A DNA stretch of 63,026 nucleotides from NCBI GenBank assembly GCA_003142935.1, contig PLOG01000085.1, positions 59,613 through 122,638 on the forward strand, given 5' to 3'. The notes beneath the pieces were generated by a model. That model was not told where the DNA came from. It saw only the letters and a list, made by a program, of their open reading frames with translations, and ran no database searches. Every line of letters starts with the position of its first letter. Position 1 is the stretch's first letter. The translations under genes and the position numbers were made by a program. This DNA is from Acidobacteriaceae bacterium. GTDB lineage: Bacteria; Acidobacteriota; Terriglobia; Terriglobales; Acidobacteriaceae. This document shows, piece after piece, positions 56,701 through 63,026 of this stretch.

Positions 56701-57025
56701 TCTGCGGCACACGAATTGTCTGCCGAAACCAGACCGCTTCATTCGGCGCCTTCTCGCCCACCGCGATCGGCTGCCAACCGCTTGTGTCCAGATCCGGGTC
56801 TTCGCCATGCGCCACATCGCCGGCATGCATCTTCCAAACGTCCGCGGGCAGCTCACCCAGGCTGCCCAACCTGTCCACCACCACTTGAAAAGCGAGAGGC
56901 AAAAGCGCCTCAGCCCGCGCCATCCCGGTGTTCTGTTGGGCAGAGGCGTTCCCCGCAAAAAGTGTCGCAAAAGCAAGTATGAGGACAAGCCAACGCTTAA
57001 AGCTCAATTTCAAGGCAGAAACCAT
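53714..57025 (-). CDS. GH38 alpha-mannosidase with an N-terminal beta-sandwich domain, exported
   Basis: NAHIDAAWLW, GGMWVEPD, GWNPDSFG, YGIGDHGGG, WKSELYFEYHRG and QFHD motifs. ATG at 57025 after GGAGG. Confidence 0.93.
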   Translation of the reverse strand: MVSALKLSFKRWLVLILAFATLFAGNASAQQNTGMARAEALLPLAFQVVVDRLGSLGELPADVWKMHAGDVAHGEDPDLDTSGWQPIAVGEKAPNEAVWFRQTIRVPQTLNGYDLSGARIWFQIRLEGNGPMPEILYFNGRRVALGEDLEPVVLFDKAKPGESVTVAVKALHTEDTKTFRGVTMRIEYAEGRPNPEDLREEILAAALLLPSLAPGEEPKLMKLNSAIAAVDLAALDAHDQAAFDASLKTAQSRIEDLKPLLRQATFHLDGNAHIDAAWLWPWTETVDVVKRTFSTALQLMYEYPDYDYTQSAAAYNEWIAQKYPDINAEIAQRIKEGRWEIVGGMWVEPDLNMPDGESLVRQLLVGKRWYKQAYGVDVRIGWNPDSFGYTWQLPQIYKKSGIDYFVTQKMTWNDTNQLPFKLFWWESPDGSKVLAYFPHDYVNTTLNPVRLADDLVKAREHSPGLTELLDLYGIGDHGGGPTRAILDEGFHWAGPNHVTPKYEFGTAQSFFSAVETKVAADSPTWNYQSIAKGYTPPPAVPDKVSIPTWKSELYFEYHRGVMTTQANHKANMRNSEEQVLNAEKWASLAWLDGKKYPGEELTEDWKKVLFNQFHDLAAGSGIGVIYKDAQKDYDVVRWSTNEISAKALARVAENVDTEGTGIPVLVLNPLGWTRSGDVDVKVQLPSIEGGGVPSVAEQGGAECRVVSMDAKTGVADLQIHVPDVPAMGYKLIEIATSPAQAAAPQRPVMKAAGKLILLNETLKVAVDQTTGCITSVVEKGFENLAPGACGNQLQFFKDTPKDYDAWNVDPGTLDQPPATIAKAVSVEAAKANGSPAVRVSYTWQSSKFVQTISLKGDIVDVENDIDWHERHVLLKAAFPLAASSGFATYEIPYGSIERPTTRANSWEKAQFEVPAMRWADLGDGAHGLSVLNQTKYGYDAVGNMLRLTLLRSPTWPDPEADQGHHHFHYALYPHAGTWADALTVRHGWEYDYPLTAVVTTAHAGALPAEHSFASVEPDNVVLTAVKKAEDENGLIFRVYEWAGKSATVEFHVPAGATGATVTNLMETPEGSPLPVEGDQVKAPIHPYEILTIRVDYPKGGPKQ

Positions 57026-57093
57026 CGCAAACACCCCTCCGCAGCATCTTAGGCCATAGCCCCCGATGCCCGCCCGTGGAAAAGCAGACCCCC

Positions 57094-57338
57094 CAGGGCA
57101 ATCGCATTTGAAAAAGCCTGCGTTGGGATTTGGCGAAAAGCTTCATGCGCGGCACGCAAAAGGTCGAAAGAGACACCCCAGGCGGCTCGAAATGTGGCAG
57201 GGGCTAAAACCCGGCTTCTTTTTGTGGTCGTTTTCTGCCTGACTGAAGTCATGCCCTTTTACAAAGCTCGCTTCGATGGAGTCGTTGCAGCAGCCTGAGA
57301 CGTTCGCTTGCCATGAAAACTCAAATGCAATTGCCCTG
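57094..57338. mobile_element. Second MITE-like element with 18-bp TIRs enclosing a degenerate REP unit
   Basis: CAGGGCAATCGCATTTGA (57094-57111) and TCAAATGCAATTGCCCTG (57321-57338), 17/18 match. Inside: CAGGGGCTAAAACCC (57198), GACTGAAGTCATGCCC (57241) and TTGCAGCAGCCTG (57285). Confidence 0.55.
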
Positions 57339-57468
57339 CGGACCCCCGATCTCTGAACCGCGCTCGAATTCTATTGCTTTACTTGAGGGCGATGCGCCTT
57401 TTCCGTCCTATGCACAGTTGTTCTATATCACGATAATTCGTCCCATATTATAAGAAAGGTGTCCGCCA

Positions 57469-57484
57469 TGTGTGCCACGTCACA
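57469..57484 (+). promoter_or_regulatory. CRP/FNR-family-like binding site upstream of the hydrogenase operon
   Basis: TGTGT-GCCACG-TCACA, a 9/10 match to TGTGA-N6-TCACA. Confidence 0.4.
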
Positions 57485-57518
57485 TCACGTTGACACCACA
57501 CGCCCTCAACATTAAGGC

Positions 57519-60500
57519 ATGACAGCCGCGACTCTCATTCTGATTGCTCCATGCTCGCTTCTGTTGGGCGCAGTGCTGCAGATTTTGGTAGCGCGACTCT
57601 GCTCCGCTCGAACGAAGGGAATACTCGCCCTCCTCACTTGTCTGCCGGCCCTGGCCGCCACTGCGGGTCTGATTCCCGCCATGCGGTCCATCCAGTCGGT
57701 CGATATGCAGATGGGCGCGTGGGATGGCCCGCTCGCGCTCGTTCTCCACGTCGACGCCCTCAGCATTCTCTTCGCTTTCATGGGCGCAAGCATTGGCGGG
57801 CTGGTGCTGCTCTACTCCATCGGATACATGGCCCACGACAAGGCTGCCACGCGCTTCTACTGCGCCATGCTGGTCTTCATCGGCGGCTTCATCAGTCTCG
57901 TCTTCAGCGCCAATCTCTTTATCTTCTATCTCTGCTGGGAAGTGGTCGGCCTCTGTTCTTTCAGCTTGGTCGGCTTCTGGTACACCAACCGCGAAGCAGT
58001 CGCCGGCGCGCGCAAAGTGCTGCTGATGACCCACATCGCCGGCTACGGCCTGCTGGGGGCGATCCTGGTCCTCTATCACCGCACCGGAAGCGCCCTGTGG
58101 ACCGATCCGAACCTGGCCCACAACTTCACCACCGGCATCTTCCTGCTGATGCTCGTTGCCCTGGTGGCCAAAAGCGTGCAAGTGCCTCTGCACACCTGGA
58201 TTCCCGAAGCCATGGCCGCGCCCACCCCGGTCAGCGCCCTGCTGCATGCGGCCTGTTATGTCACCTCCGGCGTTTACCTCGCCGCGCGCATGCACAGCTT
58301 CGGCGTCTGGCCCATGGCCTGGGGCGCCACCCTTATATGGATAGGCACCGTCACCATGGCCGTCGGCGTGATGTACGCCATGGTGCAGACCGACCTTAAG
58401 CGCATGCTGGCCTTCTCCACCGTGAGCCAGATCGGCTACATGATGATGGGTATCGGCATCGGCACGCCGCTGGCTATCACCGCCGGCCTGCTTCACTGCC
58501 TCAATCACGGATTCTTCAAGGGCGGCCTCTTCCTTACCGCCGGCTCCGTGCAGCACGCCTCGGGTACGCGCGACATGAACAAGCTCGGCGGCCTGGCGCA
58601 AAAGATGCCGCACACCACGCTCTCCTGGCTCATCGGCATCGGCGCCATGATGGGCATTCCCCTCATGAGCGGCTTCGCCAGCAAATGGATGCTCTACGCC
58701 GCCGCTTTGCAGGCTGGCTGGGCAGTTCCCGCCATGGTTGCCTGGGCCGCCAGCCTCGGCACCGTCTTTCTCGGGGCAAAAGCCACCAGCGCCGTCTTCC
58801 TCGGCCCGCTGACTGAGGCCACCAAAGATGCCCACGAGTCCCCGCCCACCATGGTGTGGGGAATGAACCTTCTGGCAGCCGGCACCGTGGTCCTCGGCAT
58901 AGCGCCGCAGTTGGCCGTCAACTATCTCCTCAATCCCATCATGGGCGCGCTTGGGCTCGGGGCGGTTCAGGTCACCTGGTTCGGTCTTTCTTCCGATGCG
59001 GGAAGCTTCTCGACCGCCGGCGGCCTGGTGCTGGCGATCATCTCGATTGTTCTCGGCGGCATCATCTACGCCGTTGCCTATGCGGCCCGGCAGACTCCGG
59101 CAACCGTTGCCGTCACTGCCGGAGGCGCGGCCATGGCCTCAAGCGGCGGCGGAATCTTTACCGGCGGCGAACCGCTCTCCGACCAGGGCAGACTGACGGC
59201 CGGCGACTTCTCCGATATCTTCCTCCAGCACTGGCATTCCTTCTTCCGCTGGTCCAATGTGGACCGCGTTTATCTGGCCGTCTGGAGCGGCTTGCAAGCC
59301 GTCTCCCGCGCGCTCGGCGTTCTTGTCTCCTGGATGGAACGCTACGCGGCGATTCTGGTTGTCGTTCTCGCCGCGCTGATTCTCGCTGCCGTGCGCTGGC
59401 TGGTTCCTGGCGTGGCGACGTTGCCGGCCGGCGCATCTATCCCGGTGCCGCAAATGCTGGTCGCCGCCTGCGCCATCGCCGCGGTTGCATTGATCCTCGC
59501 CGCACTTTCGCACATAAAGACCCGCACCCTCAGCATCCTCATGGTGCTCGTCGGCGCAGCCGCTGTTGCCGGCCTCGCCGTCACCGACCCATGGCTCCGC
59601 CTCGGCCTCCTCGAACTCGGCGCGCTGCTCACCATTCCGCTAGTCTGGCAAACCGCGCGAACGCGCTCCGCAAAACTGACCTACGTCGCGGTCGTCGTCA
59701 TCTCGGCATTGACCCTGGTTGCCAGCGATCTGCTGCTTGAGCGCGGCCAACCCGATTGGGCGCGCGCCCTGTTGCTCACCAGCGTCTGCGTCAAGCTGGC
59801 CGCCGTGCCGCTTTTCTTCTGGCTGCTCAAGCTGGCTGACGAACTCCCAGCCGTCGTCCTTGGCTTGATCATTGCGGTCGTCGACATGGCTGCATTCGGC
59901 GAGCTGTACATCGCCGTCCATACCTCACCGGGCCTCTTTACGCCCACTGCTCTCTGGCTCGGCTTTGCCGCCGCAACCTCGTTCCTCGCCGCGCTGCTAA
60001 TGCTCACCCAGCGCAGCCTCAAGCGCCTGCTGGTTCTCTCCACAGTTGAAGACGTCGGCTTCCTGCTCCTCGGCATCGCCTCCGCCACCGCACTGGGAAC
60101 CACCGGCGCACTGGTTGCCGCCACCACCCACGCCCTGGCCAAGGCCCTGCTCTTCACCTGCCTTGCCGGCCCTGAAGCCGCGAGACTCCTCGAAGGCAAC
60201 CACACAGGCCTCATCACGCGCTATCCGGTCAGCGCCTTCGGATTCCTCTTCGGCATGTTGGCCATGCTCGGCATCCCGCCCACCATCGGCTTCATCGGCC
60301 GCTGGAAGCTATACGAAACCGCCGTCCAGATCGGCTGGCCTCTCGGCGCAATCTTCATCCTCTCCTCCATCCTCGCCCTGATCGCCTATGTACTGGCGTT
60401 GACCGGCATCTGGTGGGGTCCACCGAGCAACGCAGACTCGCCTCCGCATGAGGTTGAGCCGATAACAGATGCAAAGGAGCCCTTCGTTTTGAAGTCCACC

Positions 60501-60581
60501 GTCGTCCTGTTGGTCGCGCTCATTCTCGCTGCCGGCATCTGGCCCAGCCTGCTCGACATCGTCAAGTGGGGGAGACTATGA
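57519..60581 (+). CDS. Large antiporter-like membrane subunit with two fused modules (CooM/EchA/NuoL-like)
   Basis: Module 1: CWEVVG, AKSVQVPLHTWIPEAMAAPTPVSALLH, NHGFFKGGLF, GFASKW. Module 2: KLAAVPLFFWL, KRLLVLSTVE, THALAKALLF, GFIGRW. Confidence 0.85.
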   Translation: MTAATLILIAPCSLLLGAVLQILVARLCSARTKGILALLTCLPALAATAGLIPAMRSIQSVDMQMGAWDGPLALVLHVDALSILFAFMGASIGGLVLLYSIGYMAHDKAATRFYCAMLVFIGGFISLVFSANLFIFYLCWEVVGLCSFSLVGFWYTNREAVAGARKVLLMTHIAGYGLLGAILVLYHRTGSALWTDPNLAHNFTTGIFLLMLVALVAKSVQVPLHTWIPEAMAAPTPVSALLHAACYVTSGVYLAARMHSFGVWPMAWGATLIWIGTVTMAVGVMYAMVQTDLKRMLAFSTVSQIGYMMMGIGIGTPLAITAGLLHCLNHGFFKGGLFLTAGSVQHASGTRDMNKLGGLAQKMPHTTLSWLIGIGAMMGIPLMSGFASKWMLYAAALQAGWAVPAMVAWAASLGTVFLGAKATSAVFLGPLTEATKDAHESPPTMVWGMNLLAAGTVVLGIAPQLAVNYLLNPIMGALGLGAVQVTWFGLSSDAGSFSTAGGLVLAIISIVLGGIIYAVAYAARQTPATVAVTAGGAAMASSGGGIFTGGEPLSDQGRLTAGDFSDIFLQHWHSFFRWSNVDRVYLAVWSGLQAVSRALGVLVSWMERYAAILVVVLAALILAAVRWLVPGVATLPAGASIPVPQMLVAACAIAAVALILAALSHIKTRTLSILMVLVGAAAVAGLAVTDPWLRLGLLELGALLTIPLVWQTARTRSAKLTYVAVVVISALTLVASDLLLERGQPDWARALLLTSVCVKLAAVPLFFWLLKLADELPAVVLGLIIAVVDMAAFGELYIAVHTSPGLFTPTALWLGFAAATSFLAALLMLTQRSLKRLLVLSTVEDVGFLLLGIASATALGTTGALVAATTHALAKALLFTCLAGPEAARLLEGNHTGLITRYPVSAFGFLFGMLAMLGIPPTIGFIGRWKLYETAVQIGWPLGAIFILSSILALIAYVLALTGIWWGPPSNADSPPHEVEPITDAKEPFVLKSTVVLLVALILAAGIWPSLLDIVKWGRL

Positions 60582-61075
60582 AGCTCTGGAACAAATTGAT
60601 GTGCTATTCGCGCCGCCACAGCCCCTGGCTCTTTCATATGAACTCCGGCAGTTGCAACGGCTGCGACATCGAGCTCGTAGCCAGCCTTACCCCGCGCTAC
60701 GACGCCGAGCAGCTAGGCGTGCGTCTCGAAGGCAGCCCGCGCCACGCCGACATTCTCTGCATCACCGGCCCCGTCACCCACAACGCCGTCAAGGCCATTC
60801 AAACCGTCTACGGCCAGGTCTGCGGACCCAAGGCCGTGGTCGCCATCGGCTCCTGCCCGGCCACAACCAACGTCTTCATCGACAGCCGCACCCTCGACGG
60901 CCCGCTTAACAAGCACATTCCCGTCGATGTCTTCGTCCCCGGCTGCCCGCCCCGCCCCGACGCCATCATTCAGGGTGTCGCCAAGGCCGCTGAAATCCTG
61001 GCCGAGCGAGGCATGAATCCGCCCAAGACAGAGCTTTCGATCGCCGCCGTCTCCGCCGAGGAGGTGCAGCCGTGA
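60578..61075 (+). CDS. Group 4 [NiFe]-hydrogenase small subunit (CooL/EchC-like)
   Basis: NSGSCNGCDIE (CxxC, unlike the tandem CC of NuoB), SPRHAD, GSCP and PGCPPRP. ATGA overlap gives the start at 60578. Confidence 0.88.
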   Translation: MKLWNKLMCYSRRHSPWLFHMNSGSCNGCDIELVASLTPRYDAEQLGVRLEGSPRHADILCITGPVTHNAVKAIQTVYGQVCGPKAVVAIGSCPATTNVFIDSRTLDGPLNKHIPVDVFVPGCPPRPDAIIQGVAKAAEILAERGMNPPKTELSIAAVSAEEVQP

Positions 61076-61998
61076 TTCCGGACACCAATCTAATCAACGC
61101 CCTTGCCCGCCTGCTCATCTTTCCAGGATTGCTCTTCGCCGTGCCGGCCGCATGGTTCTTCCTGTGGGTAGAACGCAAAGCCGTTGCCCTCATGCAAGGC
61201 CGCGTCGGGCCGCCCTTCATGCAGCCCTTCTTCGACTTCATCAAGCTGCTCGGCAAGACCACCCCTCCCCGCAGCGGAGTGGCCGGCTTGCTGATGCGCG
61301 CATGGCCTCTCATCGCGGTCTCCGCCGCGGCCGGCGCCGTCGGCCTGTTGCCCGTACTGCCCTCCTCCGGCGGCTTCGAAGGCGACTTGATTCTGCTGCT
61401 CGCCCTGCTCGAACTCCCCTCCATGTGCATCATCGCCGCCGGCTTCTCCTCGCGCTCCATCTTCGGCGAAATCGGCTCCGCCCGCGAAGCCGTCCTCAGC
61501 GTCGCCTACAACGTGGTCTTCCTCCTGGCCATCGTTTCCGTCGCCGCCTCGCAGCACACCTTCCGCCTTGAGGCGTTGGCGCAACTGCCGGCCTCGCCCC
61601 TGCGCTGGCTGGGCGTGCTCGCCATCCTCGTCTGCCTGCCCGCCAAGCTCCACCTCAATCCTTTCTCGCTGCCCAACGCCGAGCAGGAAATCTACTCCGG
61701 CCCCATGGTCGAGTACGCCGGCCCCGAGCTGGCCATGTGGGAACTCTCCCACGGCCTCGAGTGGGTTGCCGCCACTGGCCTCGTCGCCACGCTGGCCGCT
61801 CCGCACATTACGCTCGTGTGGCTTGCCGCTCTCATCTTTGTTGGGCTCATGTTTGCCATCGTCTTGATACTTTCCACGCTTGCCTCCGCCACGGCCAGGC
61901 TGGCCATCGATACAACCGTCCGCTTTTACTGGCAATGCACGCTCATCTTCGCGGTACTGGCAATCTCGTCCGCGCTCTTCATGAGGTTTAGATCGTGA
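61072..61998 (+). CDS. NuoH/CooK/EchB-like membrane subunit
   Basis: ERKAVALMQGRVGPPFMQPFFDFIKLLGK and PFSLPNAEQEIYSGPMVEYAG motifs. Confidence 0.88.
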   Translation: MIPDTNLINALARLLIFPGLLFAVPAAWFFLWVERKAVALMQGRVGPPFMQPFFDFIKLLGKTTPPRSGVAGLLMRAWPLIAVSAAAGAVGLLPVLPSSGGFEGDLILLLALLELPSMCIIAAGFSSRSIFGEIGSAREAVLSVAYNVVFLLAIVSVAASQHTFRLEALAQLPASPLRWLGVLAILVCLPAKLHLNPFSLPNAEQEIYSGPMVEYAGPELAMWELSHGLEWVAATGLVATLAAPHITLVWLAALIFVGLMFAIVLILSTLASATARLAIDTTVRFYWQCTLIFAVLAISSALFMRFRS

Positions 61999-62426
61999 AC
62001 ATTCTCTCCATGCTGTGGAAGAACCTGTGGGGCGGCAACCGGACCATGCTCTTTCCCGCGCGCCCCAAGGTCAGCCAAGGCTATCGCGGACTGGTCAAGT
62101 TCGACCCCGCGCTCTGCACCGGCTGCGCCATCTGCAAATTCCGCTGCACCGCCCGCGCCATCGAGTTCAAAGCCGCGAAAGGCGAGTTCACCTGGAGTTA
62201 CGATCCCGGCCAATGCACCTTTTGCGGCCGCTGCATCGAGGGCTGCAAGAGCCACGCGATCCACCAGGAAGATGCCACTCCGCCCATCTACTTGCAAATC
62301 GGCGAGCTCAAAAACTCCTACACCGTCGCCCGCAAGACTACCGTCAAGGCCGCCGCGCCTCAGCCGGCAGCCGCGCCGCCAGTCAGCCCTCAATCCCCCA
62401 ACCCCGCCACCGGAGGTACACAATGA
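61995..62426 (+). CDS. 2x[4Fe-4S] ferredoxin subunit (CooX/EchF/NuoI-like)
   Basis: YRGLVKFDPALCTGCAICKFRC and CTFCGRCIEGC. Confidence 0.88.
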   Translation: MNILSMLWKNLWGGNRTMLFPARPKVSQGYRGLVKFDPALCTGCAICKFRCTARAIEFKAAKGEFTWSYDPGQCTFCGRCIEGCKSHAIHQEDATPPIYLQIGELKNSYTVARKTTVKAAAPQPAAAPPVSPQSPNPATGGTQ

Positions 62427-62896
62427 CCACGCTTCTCGATAGCCTGCCCCAAAAACTCGGAACCGCCGATCAGTGGACCGAAAAGGGTGGCGTCCATTGG
62501 CTCGATCCAGGCGAATTGTCCGTGCGCGATCTCTGCCTGGAGATGATCGCGGCCCACGCCCGCTTCATCACCATCACCGCCTACCAGTTGCCCAAGGATG
62601 AAGGCATTCGCCTGGAGTACCACTGGGATCTGGCCGGCCAGTTGCTCGGCTTTCCCTTTCTGCTCAAAGCCGAGCCCAGCGAAGACCCGAAAATCGAGAG
62701 CATTTACGATCTCACTGAGTCCGTCGACTGGATCGAGCGTGAAATTCACGAAGAATACAAGGTCGACTTCACCGGCCGCGTGTACGAACCGCTGCTGATG
62801 CGCGAGGGCGACAAGCTGGGCGTCAACCTGCGAGAAATTGCAGACATTTGCAAGCCCGAACCTGGCCCATCGGGGCAGGAAGAGGTCAAAAAATGA
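62423..62896 (+). CDS. NuoC/CooU/EchD-like subunit
   Basis: ARFITITA, LEYHWD, IESI and VDWIEREIHEEYKVDFTG motifs. GGAGG RBS and ATGA overlap give the start at 62423. Confidence 0.8.
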   Translation: MTTLLDSLPQKLGTADQWTEKGGVHWLDPGELSVRDLCLEMIAAHARFITITAYQLPKDEGIRLEYHWDLAGQLLGFPFLLKAEPSEDPKIESIYDLTESVDWIEREIHEEYKVDFTGRVYEPLLMREGDKLGVNLREIADICKPEPGPSGQEEVKK

Positions 62897-63026
62897 GCTA
62901 CAAAATCCCCATGGGCCCTTACCATCCGGCCCTCGAAGAACCCTACAAGCTGGACATGATCTGTGAAGGCGAAACCGTCATCGACGCCAAGCTGCATATC
63001 GGTTTCAATTTCCGCGGCATCGAGCA
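62893..63026 (+). CDS. Group 4 hydrogenase large subunit (CooH/EchE-like), 5' part only, truncated by the window edge
   Basis: MSYKIPMGPYHPALEEPYKLDMICEGETVIDAKLHIGFNFRGIE. Confidence 0.8.
   Translation, partial: MSYKIPMGPYHPALEEPYKLDMICEGETVIDAKLHIGFNFRGIE

Noticed and set aside
55535-58835. Long ORFs 55535-57052 (+) and 57480-58835 (-)
   Set aside because: Antisense to GH38 and the antiporter subunit, both of which carry clear family motifs.
57519-63026. Interpretation as respiratory complex I (nuo) or an Mrp antiporter
   Set aside because: The small subunit has CxxC (SCNGC) rather than the tandem CC of NuoB, and the gene set and order match group 4 hydrogenases.

Overview
GC-rich (about 60%) bacterial window. 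The gene content (Oar-like TonB-dependent receptor, Tat-exported sugar enzymes, GGGGCTAAAGCCC-type repeats) suggests Acidobacteriota; this is an inference. Five blocks: (1) 1-2.8 kb: OM beta-barrel protein, pheA and a UbiA-family prenyltransferase, with a small TIR-bounded element. (2) 3.8-15 kb: a complete chemosensory operon of F9 type with a soluble double-signalling-domain receptor, a triple-domain CheW, CheB, a HEAT protein, CheR, CheY, CheA, STAS, CheY and a membrane MCP. (3) 15-48.5 kb: a large glycan-utilisation region. It holds a TBDR, DUF5107-TPR, GH20-like, BNR propeller, GH36, AgaR/AgaS-like, NagB and esterase genes, a CBM9-like protein, a Tat-exported FAD dehydrogenase with a 9-heme cytochrome c, a Gfo/Idh/MocA enzyme and a TIM-barrel enzyme. 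It also carries three gene remnants (APC permease, PfkB kinase, second Gfo/Idh/MocA). (4) 48.5-53.7 kb: a lower-GC restriction-modification fusion gene next to the 3' end of tRNA-Pro(CGG), with no integrase, then a lipoprotein and a 35-aa membrane peptide absent from the ORF track. (5) A GH38 alpha-mannosidase, then a Coo-like group 4 [NiFe]-hydrogenase (or hydrogenase-related) operon that runs off the right end. The best candidate for an undescribed system is the oxidative sugar/glycoside module wired to a nonaheme cytochrome inside a hexosamine-glycan locus. All product calls come from motifs read by eye; no database search was run.
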